Shown here one piece after another: positions 26,448 to 39,989 of a stretch of 64,000 nt of DNA (the stretch's first letter is position 1; each line of letters starts with the position of its first letter). The notes under the pieces were generated by a model. The model saw nothing but the letters and a program-made list of their open reading frames with translations. It did not search any database and was not told the DNA's origin. The position numbers and the translations under genes are program-made. The DNA is from Octopus bimaculoides (taxonomy: Eukaryota): NCBI RefSeq assembly GCF_001194135.2, contig NC_068988.1:91642943-91706942 (forward strand), given 5' to 3'.

Positions 26448-26759
26448 TATGTGAGTGTGTTTGTCTCCTTCCTTGACATCACACAATAGTTGTAAATAAA
26501 TGTCATAGAAAGAAGTGTAGTTTGTTTTCAATCTTCTCTGGAAAATATGTCCAGTCCCTGGGAAATACTACCTTGCTTGGAAATAGGAAAGGCATCTGGT
26601 TGTATAAAATTCATTTCAATGAATTCTGCCTGAACCATGCAGACATGAAAATGTGGATGTTAACATGATGAGGATAATTTCTTGAGTCATACAAACACTT
26701 AATGATGACAATTTAGCCATTGAGCTCAATTCTAGAAGAACATATTAGAATGTTTTGGT

Positions 26760-26860
26760 AATGATGTCACAAAATCTGGTTAGATGAAACATTTCATGTG
26801 GAAGGTGCCATTGATCAACACAACTGTGCTTTATGATGCAATAACGCACAAAAATTTGTA
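26760..26860 (+). mobile_element. Small Tc1/mariner-superfamily transposase remnant
   Basis: Reads WLDETFHVEGAIDQHNC, similar to the W.SDE..FHL.G.VN.HN.R motif; no termini found. Confidence 0.35.
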
Positions 26861-27234
26861 ATGTAAGGTGTGGCTAGTGCTAGATATAGGGTGTTTCAGC
26901 TAGGCTAGTCATCATTGCCATACAGTGATATATATTTTTTCAGTAGGGTGGGACTTCACCTTATTTTGTTGACAACACAAGAACATGGTAAAACAAACAT
27001 TGGACTAAGCAGCAGACAAGTTGCTGAGTAATATTCTTTGCAAATGTTGTCAAAAATTTTCTGACTTGACGATCTCCGATGCTTTCTTGTGGAGATACTT
27101 CAGGAATAATGACTACCAATGCAACCATACCAATATCCAGGAAAAGCAAAAAGAATCAAATTTATCAATGATCACAGCATATTTTTTATAACTTATAGCT
27201 GATTAAGTCTCAAAGCCTGCTAATCAATAAACAA

Positions 27235-27270
<36 letters not shown>

Positions 27271-30182
27271 TTTTATTCTTTTACTTATTTCAATCATACG
27301 ACTGTAGCCATGCTGAACCACCACCTTGAAAGGTTTTGGTCAAACAAATTAACCCAGGACATTTTTTTCTTTAAAGCCTAGTACTTATTCTATCAGTCTC
27401 TAATACCGATCTGCTAAGTTATAAGGACATAAACACACCAACTCTGGTCATCAAGTGGTGATGGGGGGACAAACAGAGACTCACACGCACATGTGTGTGT
27501 GTGTTTGTGTGTGACAGGTTTCTTTCAGTCTCCATCTACCAAATCCAATCACAAGGCTTTGGTTGACCCAAGGCTATAGAAGAAGGCACTTGCCCAAAGT
27601 GCCATGCAATGGGACCGAATCCAGAACTATGTGGTTGGGAAGCAAGCTTCTTACCACACAGCCACACCTGCGCCTATATATATATATAATATATTGAAAT
27701 TTAATTTTCATCTAAACCATATACTTTACATAACACTGACCTCTTCTCTTGCATTCATTTGACATGCTTTAATGATTATATATGATGATGATGAGTGTTA
27801 GTGTGTGTGTGTGTTACTCTCTCTTTGTCTTGGCATGGTAGTTGTAAAACAAACACAGCCTTCATACAAGCAGTGTCCTTTGTTTCCAATCTTGCACAAA
27901 AATGTGCCTGGCCCTGGGCAAATATTACTTTACTTGGTAACAGAGCACAGGATTATCAGAATCTTAGAAGGTCAAGCAAGATGCCTTGTGCTATCTGTTT
28001 TGGTTCTTTGCATTCTAACAGAAATAAGTTGGCAAGCATTACCTTGGATAAACATTATTGATGTAAAGAGGAGAGATTTACTTCCATCGGCAAATCCTTG
28101 TCATCTTTATAGATAATTTTGCCCAGGCTTGCACATGCACAAAAACATGGTCATCCTGGATCAACAGAGGCCCTGTAGGATACTTTGGTGCCTTTGCAGA
28201 ATACACTGTAGCCAGCTCTTGGGCTAAGTCTCCATTCTGAGAATAACTTCCTACTATCAATCACAAAGCTCTGAAAGAGCAAGGGATGATATCTTTTCTC
28301 CACTGACAAAGGAAGAATTAAAAATATCAAGTAAAAAGAAAAAAAACAATATGGTTGGAAAAACTCATTATCAAAAATGTCACAATGATCTAGCCAAATG
28401 TGAAGATGATATGATAATTTGGTCATCTGCAACATGCAGATGATAACATGCCCAAACAAAGATATTCAGTTTAAGAGGTTGATGGCAGCTGACCTTACCG
28501 AATGGGAACATTAAAGAGGCTAGACATTAACATTAACACTGGTGCAGGTTTGGCTTATGTGGTTAAGAAACTTGTCCCCAACCATATAGTCTAGGGTTCA
28601 GTCTTACTTGACGGAACTTTAGGGAAGCATCCTATTATAGCCCCGGGCCTTTCAAGTGGATCTAAGAGATGGAAACTGAAAAGAAGCCTCTCGTATATAC
28701 ATAAACACACACGTATGTATGTATGCATGCATCCATGAACATGTATGTGTGCTTGTATACTTTTGTCTAGGCCTAGAGCATCACCATTATATAAGTGAGA
28801 TTGTTTATTTCAAGTCTTTCATGAAAAACACGTCTAGTTGTGGGAAAATATTACCTTGTTTGGAAATGGGTGAGACTTAGTAACAGGAAGGGCATCTAAC
28901 TGTAGAAAATTCGCTCCAACAAATTCAGTCGGTTCCATGAAAGCATGGAAAAGTGGATGTTAAATGATGATGATGAATAACAATGATGACTTGACTGGAA
29001 CAAGAGTGATGATGGAAATATAACCTCAAAGACTTGAGCTGAATCGTGTACGGATGACAAGTAGAAGACTGCATAGCACTGGAAGTAGCATTATATCATT
29101 GTAATTGACAGAACATGAGCAGGCTTCAATACATTAATAAAAACCTTATAATTAATTCATTAGCCAACATAAAAATTTAACATAAAAAAACAGCAACGTT
29201 TAGGTAGGTAAATGTTGTTGTTGTTGTTAACATTTGACTGTTGGCCTTAAGCCCAACCAAACAGCATTTCATTAATCACAATCTCTGATTCACCGGATCA
29301 ATATTATACTATGTTGATAAAAGGCAGATTAGTTACTATAGCAATTGAATCACTCAATGTAAGACATTTTCAGTAATTTGAACAGAACAAAACAACAATA
29401 ATTATACAAGATAGGAAAATTTTATAGAGTATCTTTTACAGATATATGGCAGTGGAGATGGGGAAGAAAATTGATCTACACCTTTGGCAGTTAGCCACTT
29501 CTTTCATGAAGTTCTGCTGGTTATTCTAATAACCCTTTAATCATTTCTAGTTTTGGCTCACAGCAATTATCTATTTTGCATAAGTTTTTTTTTTTTTTTT
29601 TTTTTTTTACAGATTCTTCTACTCATTTCATTTTATACAGATGTGTGCAATGTTTTTATATTAGCTTTGTTCAAACATCTTGATGAAAGTTCAGCATCAA
29701 AGTGCTGTTATTTCTAATGGTGTTTGTACACCTGATCTTGGTTAAAGTTTATAGAGATAACAGCAGCATAAAAGTAAAAGTATGCCTTTAAATGTACATG
29801 GTAATTAGAAGAAACAAAAACACGCCAATTACAATGTGCATGTTTTTGCGTGTATTTAATAACTATACCATTAAATTCACACATAGGCCAGATTACATTC
29901 TTCTTAAAGTGCATATGAAATGCTATAGATGTTTCAATTTGTGTCTATGTATGCTCATGGATGTGTGTGTGTGTGTGTGTGTGTGCATGGTATATATATA
30001 TTGTTCACCAGTTCATTTATTTTTATGAACATATTTCCCATGCTGGCAGAGATGAGATGAATATATTACCGAAGCATTGTTTTACAACCAGATGCCCTTC
30101 CTGTCGATAATGCTTACCTGTTTTGCAAGTAAGGGATGTCTTATACTACAATGAGTGATTTTCAGTGAAGTGCAAATGAAAA

Positions 30183-30215
<33 letters not shown>

Positions 30216-30382
30216 TGAGCTTTAGTAGAAGACATTTGCCCAAGGTGCCACACACTGGAATTTAACATGAAACCATTGAAAAGTGAACTGCTTAACAGCA
30301 CAGCCATGCCTGCACCCATACATACACGTGTGTGTGTGTGTGTGCGTGTGCTTGCTTGCGGATATATGGCTTGAAATTTTGA

Positions 30383-31290
30383 AGATGAGGGCTAGTCAAT
30401 CACATCGACCTCAAGTCTCGACCGGTACTTATTTCACCAGGCCCAAGAGGATGAAAAGCAAACTCAACCTCAGCAGAATTTGAACTCAGAATGTAAAGAC
30501 AGGCATTTTCCCCAGTGTGCTAACTATTCTGCCAGCTAGCTGCCATAATAATAATCCTTTCTACTATAGGCACAAGGCCTGAAATTTGGGGGCAGAAGAC
30601 AAGTCAATTACAATAACCCCAGTGCTCAACTGGTACTTACTTCACTGAGTCCAAAAGGATGAAAGGCAAAGTCAACCTCGACATTCTTTTCTAATATGGG
30701 CACAAGACATGAAATTTTAGTGGAAGGGGTAATCAATTACATCAACCATAGTAATTGACCGGTAACTTATTTTATCAATCTTTTAAGGATGAAAGTTAAA
30801 GTCAATCTCAACAGAAAATGAACATATTTCCCACGCTAGCAGAGACAAGATGAATATAGAGCCAAAAGAAATGCTAAGCATTTTGTCTAGCATGCTAACA
30901 ATTACACCAGTTTGCTACCTTAATAATAATAATAATCATTTCTACTACAGGCACAAGGCCTGAAATTTGGGGGAAGGGGATAAGTTGATTACATCAACCC
31001 CAGTGTGCAACTGGTACTTATTTCATTGACCCTGAAAGGATAAAAGGCAAAGATGACCTTGGTGGAATGTGAACTCAGAATGTGCAGACAGACAAAATAC
31101 CGCTAAGCATTTAACCCAGCGTGCTAACGATTCTGCCAGCTTACCGCCTTAATAATAACCCATTCAATTACAGGCACAAGGCCTAGAATTTTGGAAGAGG
31201 GGATAGTCAATTGACCCAGGGCTTGACTGGTACTAATTTCATCAATCCCAAAAGGATAAAAGGCAAAGCTGACCTCAGCAGAATTTGCTT
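30383..31290 (-). repeat. Head-to-tail array of about 5-6 (ATT)n-tailed SINE copies; single copies at 17350-17580, 20620-20880, 22900-23100, 31860-32050, 62100-62460
   Basis: Repeated taataataatc..ttctac...aggcacaaggcctgaaattt...ctggtactta...aaaggatgaaaggcaaagtc units. Confidence 0.85.
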
Positions 31291-31390
31291 GACAATGATA
31301 ATTTGCTCTTTGATAATGATAATTTGCTCTTTGATAATGATAATTTGCTCTTTGATAATGATAATTTGCTCTTTGATAATGATAATTTGT
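31290..31390. repeat. 21-bp minisatellite, about 5 copies (tgataatgataatttgctctt)
   Basis: Directly visible; explains the IIIIKEQ / NYHYQRA ORFs. Confidence 0.95.
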
Positions 31391-32052
31391 TTGCTCTTGA
31401 ACAAATTTGTGTGTTGTAGCCACAAAGACAGTATGTAGGTACAACAACCAAACTATCACACTTTCCAACTCAGCTGAGTCTCATTCAGTTTCACAGTAAG
31501 AAGCAGAAATAGCTATTCTCTCAAACAGACTGCATTTTAGAATTTTGATTCTATTACATGAAATATACCAACACTAGCTTTACTGTTGTTCATCCCATCA
31601 ATGGTGTCCATGAGTAACCAACCATGGTAATTTATTTCTCAAATAAGCTCATTTTCCATCTTTAACCTGTGTCTAATAGATTACATTAATGTTTTGACAA
31701 GCACAGTGAGGTCAATGATTTGCTGCAGAGATCTAATAACACCAAAATGTGCCATGGGTTATCTCCCATACTTTCTAAAATGATTAGTCATTGAGCTAAA
31801 ATTGTCTTTAGTCCATTGCCTAATTACTGTTTCTAAGTAGGCAACAAGCTGGCATCAAGCAGCGAGTTGGCAGAGCCTTAGCATGCTGGACAAGATGCTT
31901 AGTGGCATTTCTTCCAGCTTTACACTCTGAGTATGAATTCTGCCAAGGTAACCTTTGCCGTTCATCATATCTGGGTCAATAAAATAAAGTACCAGTTCAG
32001 CACTGGGGTTGCTGCAATCAACCACCTCATCCCCAACAATTTCAGACCTTGT

Positions 32053-32438
32053 GTGTGTGTTGGCACTCCGTCGCTTACGACGTCGAGGGTTCCAGTTGAT
32101 CCGATCAACGGAACAGCCTGCTCGTGAAATTAACGTGCAAGTGACTGAGCACTCCACAGACACGTGTACCCTTAAGTAGTTCTCGAGGATATTCAGCGTG
32201 ACACAGTGTGACAAGGCTGACCCTTTGAAATACAGGCACAACAGAAACAGGAAGTAAGAGTGAGAGAAAGTTGTGGTGAAAGAGTACAGCAGGGTTTACC
32301 ACCATCCCCTGCCGGAGCCTCGTGGAGCTTTGGTTGTTTTCGCTCAATAAACACTCACAACGCCCGGTCTGGGAATCGAAACCGCGATCCTGTGACCACG
32401 AGTCCGCTGCCCTAACCACTGGGCCATTGCGTCTCCAC
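32053..32438 (-). mobile_element. Young tRNA-derived SINE, same family as 58013, inserted into the tail of an (ATT)n-tailed SINE
   Basis: High identity to 58013-58397; 11-bp TSD tcagaccttgt (32042-32052 / 32439-32449). Confidence 0.9.
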
Positions 32439-32959
32439 TCAGACCTTGTAACTACAGTAGAAAGAATTATTTCTGAGTATAGTTGTCATTTGTCTCCTTG
32501 GTGAATGACATATTAGCCATGGATAGAAATCATCTGGCAGTGTAGATATAGTAATTAGATATAGTAATTAGATGTTTGAGAAAATGATGTAACGTCATGG
32601 AACATATACGAGTTAATAATTTCTATAGAAAATTTCTTTCGGTTTTTGCTCTAAAATAATTTAAGGGTGCTTGTTTATCCTCAGGTCAGTTCTGATTATT
32701 GAACTGACCTTTAATTAACATACGTGTCACTCAGAAGACAAAGTCTTTGGAAAGAAAATAGTAATAGGAAATAAAGTGTTTAAAGCCACCACCACAACTG
32801 ATTTTTATAGTCAATATTCATAAAAACAAAATATGCTGGTGTGTGGGCTGAAGTAGAGCAGGTAGTAGAGTGTTGGTCTATAAATATACCTAATATAGTT
32901 AACATAAACAATCTTATGTAAGAAGAAACAAGTTTTTAGTTCCAGTAGGACATGATACA

Positions 32960-33320
32960 ACAACAACCATCAGCTGAGGGTAAACATTAAATTGTGTGTG
33001 TCCAACAACTGTCAACTGAGAGTGACAGACATGTTGTATGTCTAACAACTGTCAACTGTGGGTAAACATTTAACTGCGCCTAACAACTGTCATCTGTGGG
33101 TAGATACATATATATTTATATCCAATAACTGTCATCTGTGGGGTAGATAGGTAACTGTGACCTTTGGGGAGACATTTAGCTGTGTCCTACAGCTATCACT
33201 TGTAGGTAGATATATCCAACAATTGTTACTTGTTGTTAGTTATGCAGGTGTGTATCCAATAACTGTAAACTATGGACGAGACATGTGGTGTGTCCAAAAA
33301 CTGTCAATTGTGAGTAGGCA
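32960..33320. repeat. Degenerate tandem repeat of about 35 bp (gtccaacaactgtcaactgtgggtaaac)
   Basis: About 9 diverged units visible. Confidence 0.8.
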
Positions 33321-33419
33321 TTTTTTTTTTTTTGCTTAATTCTTGTTACTTGTTAACTCTGGAGAAAGAGGCAGTATCCATGGTGACTAACATTTTATAT
33401 AAACACAAGTTGACACCAG

Positions 33420-33960
33420 CAGGAAAGACATGAGCAAAGAAGGAGAATTTCCAGAGGGTTGAAGTTCTGGGAAGGAAGAACTAGTCTAATGGGTTAGTGT
33501 GGGATCTAGGATGTTGGACACAATATGGATGATAAGGAGAAGAGAGCTGAGGGAAGAGGGAATATGTGAATGGAGGTAGCACTCTACTATTCAACTCTAA
33601 GGAGTATAGTAGAAAGGGAAAAGGCAGAGGAAAGAGACAGGATGTATGTAGGTCAAAGGCTAGAGCATGACCGGGAGTGGTTGTATGCCAATCACTCAAG
33701 TGGCCCTTTTATAGAAACACTCTTAAGATATCTATGTGTACAATAGTGGCACCATCAAAGATGTAGGAGCAATATTCCATTGTGCGCCGCACCTGAGCTT
33801 TGTAGAGTGTTGGGCTGTGGTTCCTAGTTAATGGATATGCTTTTGCCAGGAGAGATCCCCAGTGATACTCATGCTTAAGATTTGTAGCTTTGTGACCAAT
33901 AATTGCTGAATGTGGGTAGACATGTAGTGTCCAATAGAAGACATTATAAAGAAAAGAAAA
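33420..33960 (-). mobile_element. CR1/L2-like LINE 3' fragment, decayed
   Basis: LYKAQVRRTMEYCSYIFDGA and FFLPRTSTLW match post-RT motifs of CR1-group LINEs. Confidence 0.7.
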
Positions 33961-34175
33961 CTATGCACAAAAATACTTAGAGCAATCGCAGGTACCACAG
34001 ACTACGTGGTAAAAGGTGTGGCAGTGTGGTAAGAAGTTTGCTTCCTAACCACATGGTTCCAGGTTCATTCCCACTGTGTGGTACCGAAGGCATGTGTCTT
34101 CTGCTAGAGTTCAAAGCTGATCAAAGTTTTATGAGTGGATTTGATAGATGGAAACTGAAATAAACCTATCAAATC

Positions 34176-34221
<46 letters not shown>

Positions 34222-35228
34222 TCTTCCTTGTCTTAACATCATGTGACAGTAGTAAACAAGTGCCACCATCACACAAGTGATGTCCTTCATTCCCAATCGT
34301 CTGTGAAAATATGTCTGGTAATATGGAAGCATTACCTTACTTGGACATAGCTATGGGTTGGTGGCAGGAAGGGCATCCAGCTGTAGAAGATCTGCCTCAT
34401 ATAAATTCTGTTCAAACAATGCAAGCAAAGAAAAGTGGACATAAAAATGATGATTATGTTGAGGAAGAATTGAGCCTTGATCTAAATTTCTCCCTAACAT
34501 ATAACTAAGAACACAAAACACTGCTGTATGCATCATAACAGGTTGTACATAGACGACCTACAAAACAAAAGAAATCTACTATAAATGATAAAAATGAAAG
34601 ACCATTTGATCATGCAAGAAGCACAGTTTGTTGCCACAAGCTTCAACTCCCACTGGGACAGTGGAGGTTGAAACTTTCTATTACATGAAAAACCACCTCC
34701 AAACACCTAGACACATACAACATCCCAGAACAATACATCTTTAAACCACTATCCTTTCCCACACAAGGGAAGCATAATGCACATACAAATACAGGAATAC
34801 TTCCCAAATAATGAGAACAGTGGAACTTGGTTACGGTGTGACAAACAGCAACTGTCACACTATAACCAAGTCCACTTCACTCACCTCTGCTGTGGCCACC
34901 ACCAGAATCTATGGGCATACAGAAATAGACTGAACAATGGAGAGAGTGCCGCATGTCCATATTTTCATGACTGCATGTCCGTCTTCAGTCAGGTTGAAGT
35001 GTCATCATTATACATAGATGAGTGTCACCATCATACAAGCTGTCATTCATTTTTAATCCTCCAGGAAAACCTGGCTAGCTTTGGTGAAATATTACCTTGC
35101 TTGAAAAACAGGTGACAGTTGACAACTGAAAGGGCATCTCCCTGCAGAAAATCTTTGATAAATTCCATCTGACCCATGCAAAAATGAAAACCGGATATTA
35201 ATGGCTATGATAATGACAAGACAACACT

Positions 35229-35436
35229 CTTTTACTCTTTTACTTGTTTCAGTCATTTGACTGCGGCCATGCTGGAGCACCACCTTTAGTCGAGAAAATC
35301 GACCCCAGGACTTATTCTTTGTAAGCCTAGTACTTATTCTATCGGTCTCTTTTTGCCGAACCGCTAAGTTACGGGGGCCTTAAACACACCAGCATCGGTT
35401 GTCAAGCGATGATGGGGGGACAAACACAGACACACA

Positions 35437-35488
<52 letters not shown>

Positions 35489-35665
35489 TATACATATATA
35501 CGACGGGCTTCTTTCAGTTTCCGTCTACCAAATCCACTCACAAGGCTTTGGCCGGCCCGAGGCTATAGTAGAAGACACTTGACCAAGGTGCCACGCAGTG
35601 GGACTGAACCCGGAACCATGTGGTTGGTAAGCAAGCTACTTACCACACAGCCACTCCTGCGCCTA
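35229..35665 (-). mobile_element. SINE family A, near-consensus copy with internal TA/CA microsatellite
   Basis: Near-identical to 55064-55443; tRNA-like head (tggctgtgtgg...ggttcagtccc), (gtaaaaga)n tail; older copies at 16840-17200, 27290-27675, 39990-40500, 48600-48930. Confidence 0.85.
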
Positions 35666-36587
35666 TACACTGGTAACAATGTTGCAACTGCTTACAATTG
35701 TGAATAGGTTTCTGCTCTAACAACTACATGGAATGGACAATTTTAAAATTCTCAGACCATGGATACAAAACTTATTTGTGGCAGGATGTGAACCTCTAAC
35801 CTCTTAACTGTTAGTCTGTTACCCAATCCACTTATCCATCTAACCCTCCTCCAACAACCCCGCTAATACTCAACTCACATTTTATGATGTTCTAATATAT
35901 ATATATGATACCAGGCTCCAAATCAGATTGGAGCCTGGTGTAGCCATCTGGTTTCACCAGTCCTCAGTCAAATCGTCCAACCCATACTAGCATGGAAAGC
36001 GGACGTTAAACGACGACGACGATGTTTTACCAACCCTGAAGAAATAGATGTAAGATAGAGTGAATCCAGGTGGAACTTGAATTCAAAGCATAAAAGGATG
36101 GAAATACAGACAACAAAACCTTTTTGTCCTACATTCCTCTATCTTAAAAGTAATTATGCTGTTATTCAACTCCCAAGGCCATCCAAAATCCATTAGATCC
36201 ATGATCACTAATAAACTAAGCTGTCTTTCATTCAGATTCAGTGTATCTCGGACATCCTTATCCAACATGTCCTTCCCTTTTTTTTAAGACAGAAAGGGTG
36301 ATTTGAAGAGATTTAGCTGTAATTTCTAGCAGGCTCAGTTACCACATAGAGATTTTGTTAATAGTTTACATAACTAGCTGGTAAATAATATAGAATATAT
36401 CTAGTTCTTGTTCTTTAGTCTAAAATCAACTCTGATCCAGCAAACATATACCCAAAGACATTCCAGCCGAGACCATCATGCAAGTGATGTCCTTCATTCC
36501 CAATCTTCTGTGAAAACGTGTTTGGTGATATGGAAATATTACCTTACTTGGGAACAGATAAGGGTTGGTGACAGGAAGGGCATCCAG

Positions 36588-36711
<124 letters not shown>

Positions 36712-37974
36712 CAAAGAATATATATGCATGTATACACACATATATGTACATACTTACATCTACATGTGTATATAGATGCATATCAGGGTACAGGACGTTA
36801 GAACAATGAACTACAGACTACGGAACTAACACAGGAAAACAGATAGCCACTTGGAATTAATCCTTCGTCAGCTGCCTCTATTCTAACTAGACGTTTCGAA
36901 GATAATATATATATATATATACATACGCAATGTGTGTATGCATGCTATGTATCTGTTTCATTTGTTTTCCAATCAGCCTACTTTTGACAACATTATCCAA
37001 AATGTCCTCTTTATAAACAATTATAGTACGATTTGAGCGAGATGCTATAGCTGCCATTTCTAGCAGGTCAAGTCATACCATAGGGGGCTCTCTAGTAGTA
37101 ATTACAAAAACAACAATTTAAGAACGGTGGGTGTAACAAGGGTGACTCAACACAAATTATTCAGAAGGAATTCTAACATCTAGTCCTCCCCTTGCTACAC
37201 AACACAATCAATTATTATAATAAATAGTAAAGGGCTCTTTTTTCTTTTAGTGGTAACAATAATTAGAGTAATGGTAGTTTATTAGACAGAGGGGTAAACT
37301 AACAAGAACATTACGAATACACTAAGACAGAAATGTATTTGCCATGATTATTGTATAGAATTCAACAATTTTAAGCCTCACTCCAACACACACACATACA
37401 CAAACAGTCGTGTACAAAGAACGAAAACACACACACACATCAAGTAGTGTGTTCCAAGTTACCATGTAGAAACGGTATCACAAGATGACGTCATGGCATC
37501 TGTGGCAGTGAGTGAAACTGACTCCTCCCCTTCCTCTGACTACTACTACTACTACTACTACACTGCTGGAATTACTCATAGTAATCGTGGTGGTGATAGT
37601 ATAGGCGGAGGCGATGGCGGGATATAGTTTATAACAGACAGTGGTGTTTGTGCATAGTTGAGGTTATGGTGGTGATAATGGTGCTGTAGTTTTTAACAGA
37701 CACTGGTGGTGAAATGAGTGCTTCAACATTTGGATTTAACATGAGCGTGCAATTATCAAGAAAAAAAAAAAAAAAACATCACCACCACCTCCACTAGCTC
37801 TGTACACACCAATGCTTTCACCACCTAACACGCACACAAACATACACATTACAAAACTAGGTTAAAATATGTTTTGTAAACACAGACAAAATGGTGTGGC
37901 CGTGTGTGTATGTATGCATATCTATATTTAGATAGAGAGAGAGAGAGAGAGAGTGTGTGTGTGAGTTACGCGAG

Positions 37975-38007
<33 letters not shown>

Positions 38008-39989
38008 GAGAGAGAGAGAGAGAGATGATGTGTGTATGTGTGTGTGTGTGACGGACTGATAGGTCACTGTCCTAAGTTTGCGTAAGTATCACTGGAAACT
38101 GACTGTTGTATAATCGTCAATAAGTGCGTGGTCAGCGTGATAGCGAACAACATGCACGTTCACTTCAGCCAACAGTTGGGTTACGTAACGGGGAAATTGA
38201 GGAAGTGGGAATAGGAAGATTGAAAATGTCCACAGAAACAGGCAGAGAGACAAACAAACAAACTGTATCAACTTAGTGTAGCAATGTTTGTAAACAGTGA
38301 TATTCACATGGCAAGAGGGAGTGACTTATTATTTTTATTCCTCTCACAGAAAGGATAGAGGGTATATCGGCAAAGCAGAGCGCGCGGGACAATCTGTAAC
38401 TTAGCTACTCTCAACATTTACCACGTACAGGTGAGAGAAAGATAGGGGAAGTAACTGAAAACCAGCTCTACCCACAGATGACAAAATCCAAACATCCGAT
38501 ACAGCAGAGAGTCAGAATGTACATACAATGTATGCATATTTACATGTCCAATGAGCAGATAGATAGTCTCAGTGTGTATGTGAAATACGGTCACTGCCTA
38601 AGTGGATATACATAGTCATTGTGTCTGTGCTGTTAAAATAGGTTAGCTAACATCTTTCTACATCTCACCTCATCATACACAGGTGTGTAATATTCGCTTA
38701 GTACGTCCGACCCATATATACACATGGTGACAATGGGGGTAACATGTGACGACAACAAAATGTCACCAATATACTAAAGTGCAGAGGAAATAAGCTTGAG
38801 ACATGTTGTTGTTGTGGTGAGTGGTTTTATAACTTCACGTCATGATGATAAAGCAGAGCTGTTTTTTTTTTTATATGTTGGTAAATATTACTGTATGATA
38901 TACGTGTGTGTATATATATATATATATAAATGTTTGTGTGAGTATATATAATATATATATTCATATATAAGCACATATATATGAATATATATATATGAAT
39001 ATANNNNNNNNNNNNNNNNNNNNNNNNNNNNNNNNNNNNNNNNNNNNNNNNNNNNNNNNNNNNNNNNNNNNNNNNNNNNNNNNNNNNNNNNNNNNNNNNN
39101 NNNNNNNNNNNNNNNNNNNNNNNNNNNNNNNNNNNNNNNNNNNNNNNNNNNNNNNNNNNNNNNNNNNNNNNNNNNNNNNNNNNNNNNNNNNNNNNNNNNN
39201 NNNNNNNNNNNNNNNNNNNNNNNNNNNNNNNNNNNNNNNNNNNNNNNNNNNNNNNNNNNNNNNNNNNNNNNNNNNNNNNNNNNNNNNNNNNNNNNNNNNN
39301 NNNNNNNNNNNNNNNNNNNNNNNNNNNNNNNNNNNNNNNNNNNNNNNNNNNNNNNNNNNNNNNNNNNNNNNNNNNNNNNNNNNNNNNNNNNNNNNNNNNN
39401 NNNNNNNNNNNNNNNNNNNNNNNNNNNNNNNNNNNNNNNNNNNNNNNNNNNNNNNNNNNNNNNNNNNNNNNNNNNNNNNNNNNNNNNNNNNNNNNNNNNN
39501 NNNNNNNNNNNNNNNNNNNNNNNNNNNNNNNNNNNNNNNNNNNNNNNNNNNNNNNNNNNNNNNNNNNNNNNNNNNNNNNNNNNNNNNNNNNNNNNNNNNN
39601 NNNNNNNNNNNNNNNNNNNNNNNNNNNNNNNNNNNNNNNNNNNNNNNNNNNNNNNNNNNNNNNNNNNNNNNNNNNNNNNNNNNNNNNNNNNNNNNNNNNN
39701 NNNNNNNNNNNNNNNNNNNNNNNNNNNNNNNNNNNNNNNNNNNNNNNNNNNNNNNNNNNNNNNNNNNNNNNNNNNNNNNNNNNNNNNNNNNNNNNNNNNN
39801 NNNNNNNNNNNNNNNNNNNNNNNNNNNNNNNNNNNNNNNNNNNNNNNNNNNNNNNNNNNNNNNNNNNNNNNNNNNNNNNNNNNNNNNNNNNNNNNNNNNN
39901 NNNNNNNNNNNNNNNNNNNNNNNNNNNNNNNNNNNNNNNNNNNNNNNNNNNNNNNNNNNNNNATATATATATATATATATATATATACA

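Noticed and set aside
26961-27149. Exon-like segment with donor aag|gtgaag
   Set aside because: Three frames on two strands are equally plausible, acceptor weak, no partner exon
28078-28260. Coding-looking ORF NGDLAQELATVYSAKAPKYP...
   Set aside because: Overlaps a dispersed repeat also present at about 52960-53200
31290-31390. Short direct repeats as a CRISPR-like array
   Set aside because: Units abut with no spacers; eukaryotic context; no cas genes
31124-31468. ORFs with (ANYHYQR)n / (IIIIKEQ)n repeats
   Set aside because: Translation of the 21-bp minisatellite within a SINE array; no splice or start context
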